Below, piece after piece: positions 8,799-18,685 of a stretch of 64,000 nucleotides of DNA; positions within the stretch are counted from its first letter, which is position 1, and the number at the start of each line of letters is the position of its first letter. The notes beneath the pieces are model-generated. The model was not told where the DNA came from and did no database searches. It saw only the letters and a program-made list of their open reading frames with translations. The position numbers and the translations under genes were made by a program. Origin of the DNA: an uncultured Desulfospira sp. (lineage in GTDB: Bacteria > Desulfobacterota > Desulfobacteria > Desulfobacterales > Desulfobacteraceae); contig OY760175.1 of assembly GCA_963663165.1 (NCBI GenBank), forward strand, positions 1-64,000. Direction: 5' to 3'.

Positions 8799-9747
8799 TT
8801 TGGGAACAGAACTCAATATACAGTCTTATCGTCGATGTCGAGTGCCGGCAGAAATAATGCCGCCACTCGGCCTTCCGTTGCCGGAAATTTTTCATGGGTA
8901 TCTGAATTATTACAAACACCAGCTTCGTAACGAAAACAATATCGGCGCAATGAGGCAAATACTGATGAGTTTTCATTTTTTTCTTCAAACGTCAGGCATT
9001 CTTTTAAATGAAATATCCATTCATCAGGTTGATCAATTTTTAGCCCGTTACAACACCAATTATTCTGCCGGGGCAGCCAGATCTAACCGGTCACATCTTC
9101 GGCAGTTTCTCAAGCACCTCTACCGAGGCGGGTATATCAAAAAAGACATCTCTGTGCTGGTGGTGAGCCCTCCTGAGTTTGCTCGGTCAAAACCACCGAA
9201 ATTCTTGCGCCCCCATGAAGTGCAAAAAATGTTTAAGCTCATGAATTTGTCAACAGCAAAAGATCTCCGTATTTATGCGGCTATGCACCTGGCATATTTT
9301 TTGGGATTGAGGCCCGGAGAAATCAGCTCACTTACCCTGGATGACATCTCTTTCAGGCAAAAAGAGATTTTTATTCGTTCGAGAAAAAATTACAGCCCTG
9401 CTCATCTTCCTGTGCCGGACAATGTGATCAAGGCCATCACCGCTTATATTATCGGCGGGAGACCAGAAACCCAATCTCGAACCTTATTTTTACAGTTAGT
9501 GCCGCCTTATAAACCGGTTGGCAGGAGCGACATCCCCCGTCATATAAGAGAATTTATGGCTGATAGCAATCTTGAGTCAAACACATATTGGCTGAGGCAT
9601 TCTTACGCCCAGAATTTGCTGGAGTCCGGTGCTTCCATTTATGAGATAAAAGAAATGATGGGCCATAAAAGCATCGGAGCAACGCAAAAATATCTGAGCA
9701 TCCATATCAACCTGATGCGGGAGGTTATCCTCGGTGAAACGCTTTAA
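8788..9747 (+). CDS. Tyrosine recombinase RitA-like
   Basis: LGLRPGEI, YWLRHSYA and MGH...TQKY motifs. Confidence 0.92.
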   Translation: MTSDLGTELNIQSYRRCRVPAEIMPPLGLPLPEIFHGYLNYYKHQLRNENNIGAMRQILMSFHFFLQTSGILLNEISIHQVDQFLARYNTNYSAGAARSNRSHLRQFLKHLYRGGYIKKDISVLVVSPPEFARSKPPKFLRPHEVQKMFKLMNLSTAKDLRIYAAMHLAYFLGLRPGEISSLTLDDISFRQKEIFIRSRKNYSPAHLPVPDNVIKAITAYIIGGRPETQSRTLFLQLVPPYKPVGRSDIPRHIREFMADSNLESNTYWLRHSYAQNLLESGASIYEIKEMMGHKSIGATQKYLSIHINLMREVILGETL

Positions 9748-10708
9748 AAGCTTTCTTAGCGAATATATAGAGGATTTTATCGAATACCGTCTTCAATTGG
9801 GATATTCAGATAAAATGCTGCTGTGCAGCCTTCGGTTGCTGGATCGGTATGTTGCCCAAAGGGATGTGACCTGGACATCATTTGATCCGTTGTTTTTCAT
9901 CCGACTCCGTTCAGACCTCAATTGTGAAAACCGTTCCATCAATACATTTTTTCGAACGTTTCAAATGTTTTTCAAATATCTGATCCGCAGAGACCTGATT
10001 TTGACAAATCCCATACAGGAGATTGCTGAGCTGCCGGAAAATCAGATTATCCCTTTTATTTTTTCTCCGAAAGAAACGGATCTTTTATTGAAAACTGTCA
10101 TAAAACAGATGCGAAAAACAAAAAAATATTACCTCACCGATTTTAGCGGTTATATCTCTTTTCTGCTGATGGCCCGGTGCGGCTTGAGAATATCGGAGAC
10201 GTTCAATTTGCTGCAAAAGAACTACAGGTCTGAAGAAAGGACAATCTATATTGAGAAAACAAAATTTAAAAAAGACCGACTGATCCCAATACCCAAGGCC
10301 GTTTCTTGTGAAATCGACAATTTTTTGAACGTGCGACGGCTTTTACTTATTGCCGATGTGCATCCTTTATTATTGATCAAAGGAGATGGCGGAAAGTTAC
10401 CCCGCCATTTCATGGATCGAAAATTTAAAAAAGCGATTTCGGCCATTAACCTTGATCAGCACAAAAAAATTATTGGTGCTACAAATTTCAGCAACCCGAC
10501 ACGGCACTCACTTCGTCATTCCTTTGCTGTAAATACACTGAAACGAATTAAACAACAGGGCAAGTCTGCCCAAAATGCGTTGCCGGTGCTGGCCGCTTAC
10601 ATGGGACACAGCGAATACAAGTATACGACCAAATATCTGAGAGTTCTGGATGCAGAGCATCGCCGCCAAATGCTTGATTTTTCGATGTTGAGAAGTGAGG
10701 ATGTATGA
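9734..10708 (+). CDS. Tyrosine recombinase RitB-like
   Basis: CGLRISE, KTKFKKDRLIP, HSLRHSFAV and LPVLAAYMGH...TKY motifs. Confidence 0.92.
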   Translation: MKRFKSFLSEYIEDFIEYRLQLGYSDKMLLCSLRLLDRYVAQRDVTWTSFDPLFFIRLRSDLNCENRSINTFFRTFQMFFKYLIRRDLILTNPIQEIAELPENQIIPFIFSPKETDLLLKTVIKQMRKTKKYYLTDFSGYISFLLMARCGLRISETFNLLQKNYRSEERTIYIEKTKFKKDRLIPIPKAVSCEIDNFLNVRRLLLIADVHPLLLIKGDGGKLPRHFMDRKFKKAISAINLDQHKKIIGATNFSNPTRHSLRHSFAVNTLKRIKQQGKSAQNALPVLAAYMGHSEYKYTTKYLRVLDAEHRRQMLDFSMLRSEDV

Positions 10709-11724
10709 GATTATCCACCTGCCTGCATCAGTATTTTTATGAATACCTGCCCCATATAAAAGGGACCAGCGAACAAAGCATTAAAACTTACCAGCAGGCT
10801 TTTTCTTTGTTTCTGCATTTTTTGGCGGATTATCATTCGATCAAAATCAAATCCTTGAAAATTGACCATTTAACACCTGACGCTGTTCTGGGCTTCCTGA
10901 ATCATTTGGAAACAGACCGAAAAAATACCGTCCAGACCCGGAACAACCGCTTGGCCGTGATCAAGTCGCTGGCCAAGATGATCCGATTCATGCATCCGGA
11001 CAAAAAACGAGTCGCAGAAGCTCTTTTGACCATCCCTCAGAAAAGGGCTCAAAAGAAGGTGATGGGATTTTTACACCCAGAAGAAATAATGAAAATTTTC
11101 AGTGTCGTCGATTTAAAAAAGAAGGAAGGGATGAGAGATTTTACCATTCTCCATCTGCTTTACGACTCCGGTGCCAGAGCCAGCGAGATTGCCACACTGG
11201 AATTTGATTATTTTGATCCTGAAAACGAAACCATTGCGGTCCTGGGCAAGGGGAACCGATACAGGTTGATCAACCTGTGGTCCAAAACCGCATCACTGAT
11301 CTCAGACTATATCACCAATCATAGAGTAGCCCCCATCCCATTATTTGCACACCGGCTGTTCATTAATCAGCGGAGGCGGGGAATGACCCGGCATGGTATC
11401 AACAAAATTTGCCGAAGATATCTGACAAAAGCATTGCCGGAAAAACGGTTGAAAGGTCTGAGTCCGGCCCATTGCTTCAGACATTCTTGTGCGGTTAATA
11501 TGGTGACTTCAGGGGCCCCCGTATCGGATATCAAAAATCGCCTGGGCCATCAAAGCGTTGAATCAACAATGGCTTATTTGCAGCTGGACTTGTCAAAAAA
11601 ACGGGAAATCCAGGATAAGCTCATTGAATATATGCAATCGAAAATAAATCAAGACAAGAAGATTGATGAGCTGATCGACTGGAAAAATAATGCTGAAATC
11701 CTTGCCTGGCTTGACAGTTTATGA
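10705..11724 (+). CDS. Tyrosine recombinase RitC-like
   Basis: TRNNRLAVIKS, SGARASE, LGKGNRYR, HCFRHSCA and LGH...TMAY motifs. Confidence 0.92.
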   Translation: MRLSTCLHQYFYEYLPHIKGTSEQSIKTYQQAFSLFLHFLADYHSIKIKSLKIDHLTPDAVLGFLNHLETDRKNTVQTRNNRLAVIKSLAKMIRFMHPDKKRVAEALLTIPQKRAQKKVMGFLHPEEIMKIFSVVDLKKKEGMRDFTILHLLYDSGARASEIATLEFDYFDPENETIAVLGKGNRYRLINLWSKTASLISDYITNHRVAPIPLFAHRLFINQRRRGMTRHGINKICRRYLTKALPEKRLKGLSPAHCFRHSCAVNMVTSGAPVSDIKNRLGHQSVESTMAYLQLDLSKKREIQDKLIEYMQSKINQDKKIDELIDWKNNAEILAWLDSL

Positions 11725-12049
11725 TCCATTGAGGTAGCCTTTTGCTATCTTTAAAGCGGTATGTAGTAAAACAAAAAATTATGTTGCCAGTGATTATGAA
11801 AAATTTTATAATCCACTGTAACTCATTGAATTTAAAAGTCGATATTGATTTGCACAGCGGGTGTTTGAATTTATCATAAAAATCAATGAGTTATGACCAC
11901 TCGCAACATAAGTCTATCATCTGTCGCCCAGACCTCTTGGAAAATAGTATTGAATAACAGAAGCATTGTGGGGTGGAAGCCGTTTTAAACTCACATTCCG
12001 CACCCTAATTTGTGATAAATCCGTATTTTTTTTGTGCGTGCAACGTCAA

Positions 12050-12488
12050 TTACCCTCCAGGTACTGTGAAAATTTTGGAGTTTAACCCCAAGGCCATCAA
12101 ATACTCCCGTTGATTATTGTTTAGCGGCCTGGCCAGTTTTCGGTGCTTTCCAATTTTAAGAACCAACTGATATTGGAAACTACTCATCACCATGAAAGAT
12201 GTCGGTTTATCTGTCCTTCTTTTTTTCCAGCCGGGAAGGTCTCTATTTTCCTCTTTTGTATATCGTCTCATATTGTACTCAATAAGCCGCCAAATCAAAA
12301 GAGACAATAGCAAGACAAGGGCAAGCACCTCTATTCGTTCTGCTTTTTTGAGAAATACGCAATTTACAAGGGGGGTGTTTTTCAGAAATCCAAAGTTCTG
12401 TTCAATCCCGTACTGATCCTTGTAGGCCCGAAGGACATCGTAGGAACTATATTTGTCAGCCCCGGCCGAAGGCACATTGCATATCAGA
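12050..12488 (-). pseudogene. IS1634 transposase, C-terminal fragment
   Basis: YKDQYGIEQNFGFLK...FLKKAERIE. Rejoins the 17029-18279 part in frame (GCFVLICNVPS) once the insert and one TSD copy are removed. Confidence 0.9.
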
Positions 12489-12750
12489 TGTTATCGCCGG
12501 TGATCAAGGTCACCACCTTTGCCGGCAACGAACCGTCCCCACCTGTGATATATTGACTTGTCAGGGCTTTTCGCAGGTGTAATATTTGAGGGAAGATACC
12601 ATTCTCATTTGTATCGATAATTTGCAACACAATCAGCTAAAACAAGATATATTAATGGAATAGCGCCATAGCAATCAATTTGGTTGCAGTAAAGCACCTG
12701 CGGTTGGAAGAACACGCTCACCAACAGGCGTCAATCCCGATTTTGGAAGT

Positions 12751-12790
12751 AAAAAAGCCGGGTTTTATACGAGGACGTATAAAACCCGGC
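12751..12790 (-). terminator. Rho-independent terminator after istB
   Basis: 15-bp perfect stem GCCGGGTTTTATACG/CGTATAAAACCCGGC followed by T6 on the minus strand. Confidence 0.85.
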
Positions 12791-12806
12791 AGATGTGAAG
12801 AGATGG

Positions 12807-13595
12807 TTATTGGGGTATGGACTGGGGATTAGTAGTGTTCGTTGTGTTGGGACCTTCCGTTCGATAACTGAGTCCGTCCCGGATATTAATGATGTGAACA
12901 TTGTGCATCAATCGATCGATAATGGCATGAGTTACAACCGGATCTCCCAGAGTCGTCCCCCAATCCTCAAGACTGATTGAAGATGTGGCAATAAAGGCGG
13001 TATCGTCCTGGCAGACGCTGATCAAATCCAGCAGCAGGCTGGGATATTCCGGCTTTGTGCGGATACCGCCCACATTATCTATGATCAGAAGATCAAAACG
13101 GCTTAAGCCGGCGACCACCTCATCGGTGGATTCGTCAGCCAATGACGTATACAGCATGGCCAGAAGTTTTTGCAGGGAAAAAAATCGAACCTTATAACCC
13201 GCACGGCAGGCCTGGTCGCCAAGGGCTGAGGCAATATGAGTTTTGCCCGTGCCGGTTTTCCCAAAAATAAGCAGCGGCTGCTTTCGATCCACAAAGGATA
13301 GCTCCATCAGATCTTTGAGGTGCTCTACATTCAGGCTTGGCTGGAAGTTAAAATCAAAGTTATCAAAGGTCATGTTTCTGGGGAAATCCGCTGTTTTTAG
13401 CCGCTTTTCAAGGGATCGGTGCTTTCTTGCCTTCATCTGTACGTCCACGATGTCGGCCAGGAACGCCAAATGACCGGATTGATTTTTCTGCGCCTTGGCA
13501 AGGGCCTGCTCCAGATATTGGGCCATATCCTTGAGATAAAGCTTGCGCAGTTTCTTTTTAACCTGGTCGCTTAAGTTTTCATTCATCCTTGCCAT
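12807..13595 (-). CDS. istB: IS21 helper ATPase IstB
   Basis: TFDNFDFNFQP, GKTGTGKTH, LLIIDN and AIIDRLMH motifs. Confidence 0.92.
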   Translation of the reverse strand: MARMNENLSDQVKKKLRKLYLKDMAQYLEQALAKAQKNQSGHLAFLADIVDVQMKARKHRSLEKRLKTADFPRNMTFDNFDFNFQPSLNVEHLKDLMELSFVDRKQPLLIFGKTGTGKTHIASALGDQACRAGYKVRFFSLQKLLAMLYTSLADESTDEVVAGLSRFDLLIIDNVGGIRTKPEYPSLLLDLISVCQDDTAFIATSSISLEDWGTTLGDPVVTHAIIDRLMHNVHIINIRDGLSYRTEGPNTTNTTNPQSIPQ

Positions 13596-15081
13596 CCATT
13601 GTTTTTCTGTTAATCAGGTGGTCATACCTTTGTGGGTTATCCTGCTCCACTGAACAGGATTTCAAATAGCTCCGGGTGTTGTTGGGCAGACCTTTTCCGG
13701 CTTTTGTTTTGTTTGAAGCTTTAATGTTTTTCCCCTGGATGATACGCAGGACGGCATCAGCACTAAATGAGTCAAACCGCGTGGCATGAGCTAATGCCCC
13801 TGAGACCACATCCGCACCATAGCGGTCGGCATATTTGAGGATACGGCCCATATGGTACCCGGCAGCGCTTTTCCGGGTTTCTTTCAATCCGTTATAATAG
13901 ACCTGCGCCACCTCACCCAATCTCAAAAAGGCATCTTTGAGCAATTGACTCTGGCCTGTCATCTTCCTGTACAGGGCTTCATGTTCAGGCAACACCTGCC
14001 TGTCTTCTTGAGTGTAAACATGCCGGCAATCCATCGTTTCATCACACCATATTTCAATGTGATCACGGAACAAACGGACCTGGACATAACGGCCTATCAG
14101 TTCAGGATTGGCAGAGTATCGTTTTTTGTCGATGGTGACACAAAAATCAACGTTAACAAGTCGACGTACTTCCTTAAAAAATTGATCCGTTTTATTCCAT
14201 GGCACAGGCTTTAACAGACTTTTTTCCCTTGCCAGGCGATCCACAGGCCTTTCCCGGGTGGTACCGTGGATACGGACATTGGCTGTGTTCGCCCGCCAGG
14301 CATCGGCCTTGTTATTGAGATCCTCAAGATCAATAAATTCTTTGCCTCTAAGGAAATTGTCTTCAATATACCGGAACGGCCGCTCTACCTTGCCGTGTCG
14401 TTCCTTTTTGCCGGGTAGAAGGATGACGATCTCAAAGTCATACTCCTGGGCAAACCGTTTAAATACCGGATTGATCCAAACGGTTCCGGGGCCCGTGTGC
14501 CTGCCCACCGTGGTCATATTGTCATAGGTGATTTTGTGGGGAACCGCCCCGATCTCGTCAAACGCCTCTTCATGCAACCGGATCACTGATTCTATAGTTT
14601 CATCAAAAAAGTGACGTATAAATATCCAACGACTGAAGCACAATACAAAAGATCCGGTATGCACCACCACGCGTTGTCCACCCATGTACACACTATGAGG
14701 ACTCCAGTCCATCTGCCCCTCATCTCCAGGGGCATGATCAATTGGAGGCCTGGGCACCTTCAAGCCTTTGGGCCGGATTATTCTGATATACTCCTTGAGG
14801 ATGGAGTATCCGCCCGTGTACCCCAACAACGTGATCTCTTCCAACACCCGAACCCCGCTGAGATGTTTTTCTTTTACAAGGTAACCGATTTTGGCCTTGT
14901 AAGGATCAAGTTTGCTTTTGCGGGGACTGGTTTGAGGCGCATTAATAACATTGTTGCAGCCCAATGCCCTGCGCACTGCCTTGCGGCTGTGCCCGGTCTG
15001 TTTTGCTGTCTGACGGATGGATGCTGTGCGCCCAAAGACTTTACGAATACGTTCCTGTTCCTTTTCACTCAACCGGCTCAT
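13579..15081 (-). CDS. istA: IS21 transposase IstA
   Basis: SKLDPYK, GYTGGYSIL, PGDEGQMDW, YDNM, GKVERP and RIHGTT motifs. Confidence 0.93.
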   Translation of the reverse strand: MSRLSEKEQERIRKVFGRTASIRQTAKQTGHSRKAVRRALGCNNVINAPQTSPRKSKLDPYKAKIGYLVKEKHLSGVRVLEEITLLGYTGGYSILKEYIRIIRPKGLKVPRPPIDHAPGDEGQMDWSPHSVYMGGQRVVVHTGSFVLCFSRWIFIRHFFDETIESVIRLHEEAFDEIGAVPHKITYDNMTTVGRHTGPGTVWINPVFKRFAQEYDFEIVILLPGKKERHGKVERPFRYIEDNFLRGKEFIDLEDLNNKADAWRANTANVRIHGTTRERPVDRLAREKSLLKPVPWNKTDQFFKEVRRLVNVDFCVTIDKKRYSANPELIGRYVQVRLFRDHIEIWCDETMDCRHVYTQEDRQVLPEHEALYRKMTGQSQLLKDAFLRLGEVAQVYYNGLKETRKSAAGYHMGRILKYADRYGADVVSGALAHATRFDSFSADAVLRIIQGKNIKASNKTKAGKGLPNNTRSYLKSCSVEQDNPQRYDHLINRKTMDGKDE

Positions 15082-15901
15082 GGTGCCCTCCTATCAACTC
15101 ATTGAGCCGTTTCATCCGGGCACCGGCCCGCCCTATAAAGTCTTTAAGGGCGCAGACCTTGGAACCATTGATCGTGCCGCTGCCAATGCAGTTGTTCAGC
15201 TTGGACATTTTTGAAAGAATGGCATCAATAATCAAATAATAATTTTCCTTGTCCCGGCTTACGGACTCCAGCGCTTGCCTGGGAGATTCAAGCAGGTGGC
15301 GCCTGGCTCCGGGATCACTGGTCTTGCACCACAGGTCCACCAGACGGTTCACCTCCCGGGTTTTAAGGTTGTGTTTTTGAATACAAAGAGAAAAATCGGC
15401 CTGGGTTGCAGGCTGCAACCGCGCCAGTGACGGACCGACCCCGGCAGGGAGCAGCCCAAGTTTGATATCGTGGACAATTTCCGGGGTCAGGCTGCGGATC
15501 ATGGAAAGCCGTCGGCAAACCCAGCTTTTATGCCGCTCAAGGAGTATCGCCGCTTCAACCTGATTGAGCCCTTCTATTTCTACAAGTTCCCAGACCACCA
15601 GGGCCTCCATGATCGTGGAAAACCCATCCGGGCGGTTCAGAAGGTAGAGCAATGCCTTGGCTTCTGCAGCACTTTTTTTCAACACAGCCACTTTAAGCGT
15701 CTTCATGCCAAGAAGGCCTGCACAGCGATGCCGCTTGAAACCGTCTATTAAAATATGGCAACCTCCTTGCTCAACCGCAACAACAGCCGTTAATTGGCCA
15801 TGCTTGACTAATGAAGCCGCCATCTTTTCCTGGGCACCGGCGTGGACCGGCCGCAGGAATCCCAGACGTAAATCCAATTGGTCCGGACGCAGGTTAATCA
15901 T
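15065..15901 (-). CDS. ParB/RepB/Spo0J-like protein with HTH
   Basis: SLVKHGQLTAV...LIDGFKR; HTH NQVEAAILLERHKSWVCRRL. Confidence 0.85.
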   Translation of the reverse strand: MINLRPDQLDLRLGFLRPVHAGAQEKMAASLVKHGQLTAVVAVEQGGCHILIDGFKRHRCAGLLGMKTLKVAVLKKSAAEAKALLYLLNRPDGFSTIMEALVVWELVEIEGLNQVEAAILLERHKSWVCRRLSMIRSLTPEIVHDIKLGLLPAGVGPSLARLQPATQADFSLCIQKHNLKTREVNRLVDLWCKTSDPGARRHLLESPRQALESVSRDKENYYLIIDAILSKMSKLNNCIGSGTINGSKVCALKDFIGRAGARMKRLNELIGGHHEPVE

Positions 15902-16316
15902 TTGGACCTCCGGCTATATTGAGGCTTTTTTGAAAAATCTCCCCGATTGAGATAAGGCCACTGCCGCCGGTGGGTTGCTTAGGCGCCTTGGACGTCGGTG
16001 CTGCAACATTTTTTTTGGGAAGGGAAAGCACTTGAAACAGTCGGCCGTCAAAGGCTATGAGATCTTTATCAATGAGCCCGTTCCTGGCCTGGATATATTC
16101 GTCCAGGCGGATGGCCGTCAATGAACAGATTTTATCATAGCCGTAATAAGACATTCCCTGACGATCTGCCACCATCACCAGAAAAAGGTACAGCACAAGC
16201 TCCTGGTGGTTCAGGCTGCCCCAATACCCCTGGCGGATAAACCGGTGGCTTATCCATGCGAAACTGCCGTTAATTTTTCTAATTCGATGGTCCTTCAACG
16301 GTTCCTTGGTAATCAT
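15894..16316 (-). CDS. Winged-HTH-like hypothetical protein
   Basis: GGAGG RBS; LYLFLVMVADRQGMSYYGYDKICSL...ARNGLIDKDLI. Confidence 0.75.
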   Translation of the reverse strand: MITKEPLKDHRIRKINGSFAWISHRFIRQGYWGSLNHQELVLYLFLVMVADRQGMSYYGYDKICSLTAIRLDEYIQARNGLIDKDLIAFDGRLFQVLSLPKKNVAAPTSKAPKQPTGGSGLISIGEIFQKSLNIAGGPND

Positions 16317-16749
16317 TTTTACCCTCCTTGGAAATATAATGATGAAAATTGTCGCCTGAATACCGTCTGCCATATCCCCGCCGGGGGAATTGATCTACAA
16401 TCAGACCTTTTCTTCCGCAAAAACAGCAGCATGGATGGGAAGACGGAGGCGTTACCCGAAGACTATCATTGGATTTGGAGGGTGTTGAAGTGTCATCATC
16501 CACGGTTTTTTGAGAATTTCTTAATCTCCGCTCTTTTTCCTGCCGACGATGGGCTAACTTACCTTTTTCAGTTTGTCGATATTTCTTCTGGGCGTTACGG
16601 TGAGCTTCTCTTTGAGCAGTTTCCCGACAGGATTCACAGCAATAAATCTGTCCACGCCAGCAACTGTGGCAGATATAAAAAATGCTGCCGCATCGTTTAC
16701 ACTGGATTTCTTTTAATAAAACGATCTCCACATTTTCCGTTCTTGCCAT
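16279..16749 (-). CDS. Cys-rich Zn-binding hypothetical protein
   Basis: CKRC, CHSC, YCCESC and CCCFCG motifs; first gene of the element. Confidence 0.75.
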   Translation of the reverse strand: MARTENVEIVLLKEIQCKRCGSIFYICHSCWRGQIYCCESCRETAQREAHRNAQKKYRQTEKGKLAHRRQEKERRLRNSQKTVDDDTSTPSKSNDSLRVTPPSSHPCCCFCGRKGLIVDQFPRRGYGRRYSGDNFHHYISKEGKNDYQGTVEGPSN

Positions 16750-17028
16750 AAAACGGAAGCCGTGATTATATGAAGATGTTGGGTAGCTTCCGTATTTTAT
16801 ATGGATGTCTGCTTTTTGAAGGCTCGAAGCGGCCTACTTCGAGCCTTCCTTATTTTTCAAATCCATCCAAGAAACAAAACCAAATTCAAAGAAAAAAAGG
16901 AAGAAAATATATTTTTAAAATATGGGATGAAGAAGAGACAAAGTAAAAAGGATGGAGGCTTTGTTACCGGCTAAAGGGGTGGCCTGCTTCATCGCCATAG
17001 GTGGGGACGGTTACGACCGGCGGTAACA

Positions 17029-18279
17029 TATCAGAACAAAGCATCCTGCTTCTTTTCGCAGATCTGTTGCAGCCTCGGTCTCTTCTAGTTCAGATGTAAC
17101 AGCATACATCATTTTGTCCAATGAACGGGAACCATCCTTTTTAGGTCTGCCTCGTTTGTATTTTGGGCGCTCAGAGATTTTTGTTGTCGGGGCATAATAT
17201 TTATGTTTACCATTTTTCAGGTCAACGGCGGCCTTTTCTGCATCTTCCTGGCAGAAGAACTCTTGTTTTGCCAGAGCGTTTGCTTTTTTTGAAAGATCCG
17301 CATGCTCATTCTCCAGCTCACGGTCAATCCGTTTTTGTCTCCTTTTGTCATGGGCACTGGAGTGCACTACGATTACCCGGTAGGATCTGCCATGAAGGGT
17401 GGTTTCGGTTTCCCATGACTTGTACACTGCTGCAGGACGATTTTGAGTTTCTGTTGTCTCGGATAACTTGCCAAGAGTTGTCCAATCGTCTTTGGTTACG
17501 GCCTCTTTGATCAATTGAGAACACGCTTTATAGTTTGCGGGAAGCCTGCTGATAAATTGAATTTTGTCTCCTATTTCTTCAAGGTTCTTTTTAGTCACCA
17601 TGGCTGAGTCTGCAATGTAGATGAATCCATCTTTATGGATTCCGTTGTTCGCCATATATTTTGATATTGATGACAGGACTTCGTTATTGACCGTTTTATC
17701 AGATGCGTTTCCATCCTCAGTTTGACCGAATACCGGGATTGTTCGGTCCACACATAACATCTTTACCAGAAACTGTTTGAGATCCGGACGGTGGTCCTTG
17801 CTGTGGCCGTGTACAATATTCATCGTATCGTCAGGCCCTTTTTCTTTCGAGTATAGAAGGTAGTCGCCTTGGACAGTTACTGAAGTTGTGTCGAAACTCA
17901 GATGCTTGTGGCTGATATTGAAATAATTCAATGCTCGCATAGTAATCTCTGAGAATGTCTTCATGGCCCCATAGTCGTGAATTCTATCCAGAACTCGGCC
18001 AACAGTATAATCTGAAAAGCTTAATGGATCGACCACTTTGCCCAGAAGAAGTTCGGTGTCCTGATGTTCAAAAAATTTATCCAGTTTATAAAGGGGACTT
18101 CTCCCGGTCAGGGTGTCAAGAACCATTCCAAGAATCACTGTGCCGGCATCAATAGCCATCTGTGTTGGAATAAGCGTGTTGATAATATCAACTATCCCTA
18201 TTTTTTGGGCATACGCTGTAATAATCGGAAGATGTTCAACGGTAAATCCATCAACTGCGGGAAAATCTTTCATGCTCAC
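17029..18279 (-). pseudogene. IS1634 transposase, N-terminal part
   Basis: FDTTS, HGHSKDHRPDLKQF, GNASDK and IADSA motifs. Confidence 0.92.
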
Positions 18280-18685
18280 CTCAATGGCTGTTTTTTCATT
18301 GAGGACTGATCATAATAGAACTTGCTAGAAAAATCTAGGCTAAATACGATTCAGTGTGTGAATTCTATTCAAGGTAGTCAGAAATCTTAACCAACTGAAC
18401 AAACAGATAAAGATCTTATTTCAAAATTCCAGATATATCCCTGTTAGGGGTGTGGAATGTGAGTTAAATTTCAAAATCCTTATCGTTCCTGACTGAGGGA
18501 AAGTCCGGGGAAGTCCGACTGAAAAACGGCGCCTGGCCGAAAGGTAGTCTTTACCTCGGACCATTGATTTGATTTTTCATATTTTCGACATGGAATTATG
18601 GAAACACGATAGATTATGATTCATTTCATACAGAAAGGAGGGATCGTGCCCCTCATAATTTTTGAATCTAAAGCAAAGACATCGT

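Larger units (their letters stand above)
7849..11911 (+). mobile_element. Extended RIT (recombinase-in-trio) element
   Basis: Ends TTATGTAGCGAGT / ACTCGCAACATAA (12/13 IR), both flanked by GTCTAT; three overlapping tyrosine recombinases. Confidence 0.85.
12489..17028 (-). mobile_element. IS21-family element with three passenger genes (4540 bp)
   Basis: Ends TGTTATCGCCGGT / ACCGGCGGTAACA with reiterated subterminal AACCGTCCCCACCT; 7-bp TSD TATCAGA (12482-12488, 17029-17035). Confidence 0.92.
11990..18463 (-). mobile_element. IS1634-family element interrupted by an IS21-type element
   Basis: Imperfect TIR CTCACATTCCGCACCCTAA / TTAGGGGTGTGGAATGTGAG; 5-bp TSD TTAAA (11985-11989, 18464-18468). 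Confidence 0.9.

Noticed and set aside
8788..11724. Integron integrase for the attC-like sites
   Set aside because: The trio organisation and motifs are RIT-like, and no IntI-specific insertion is recognisable.
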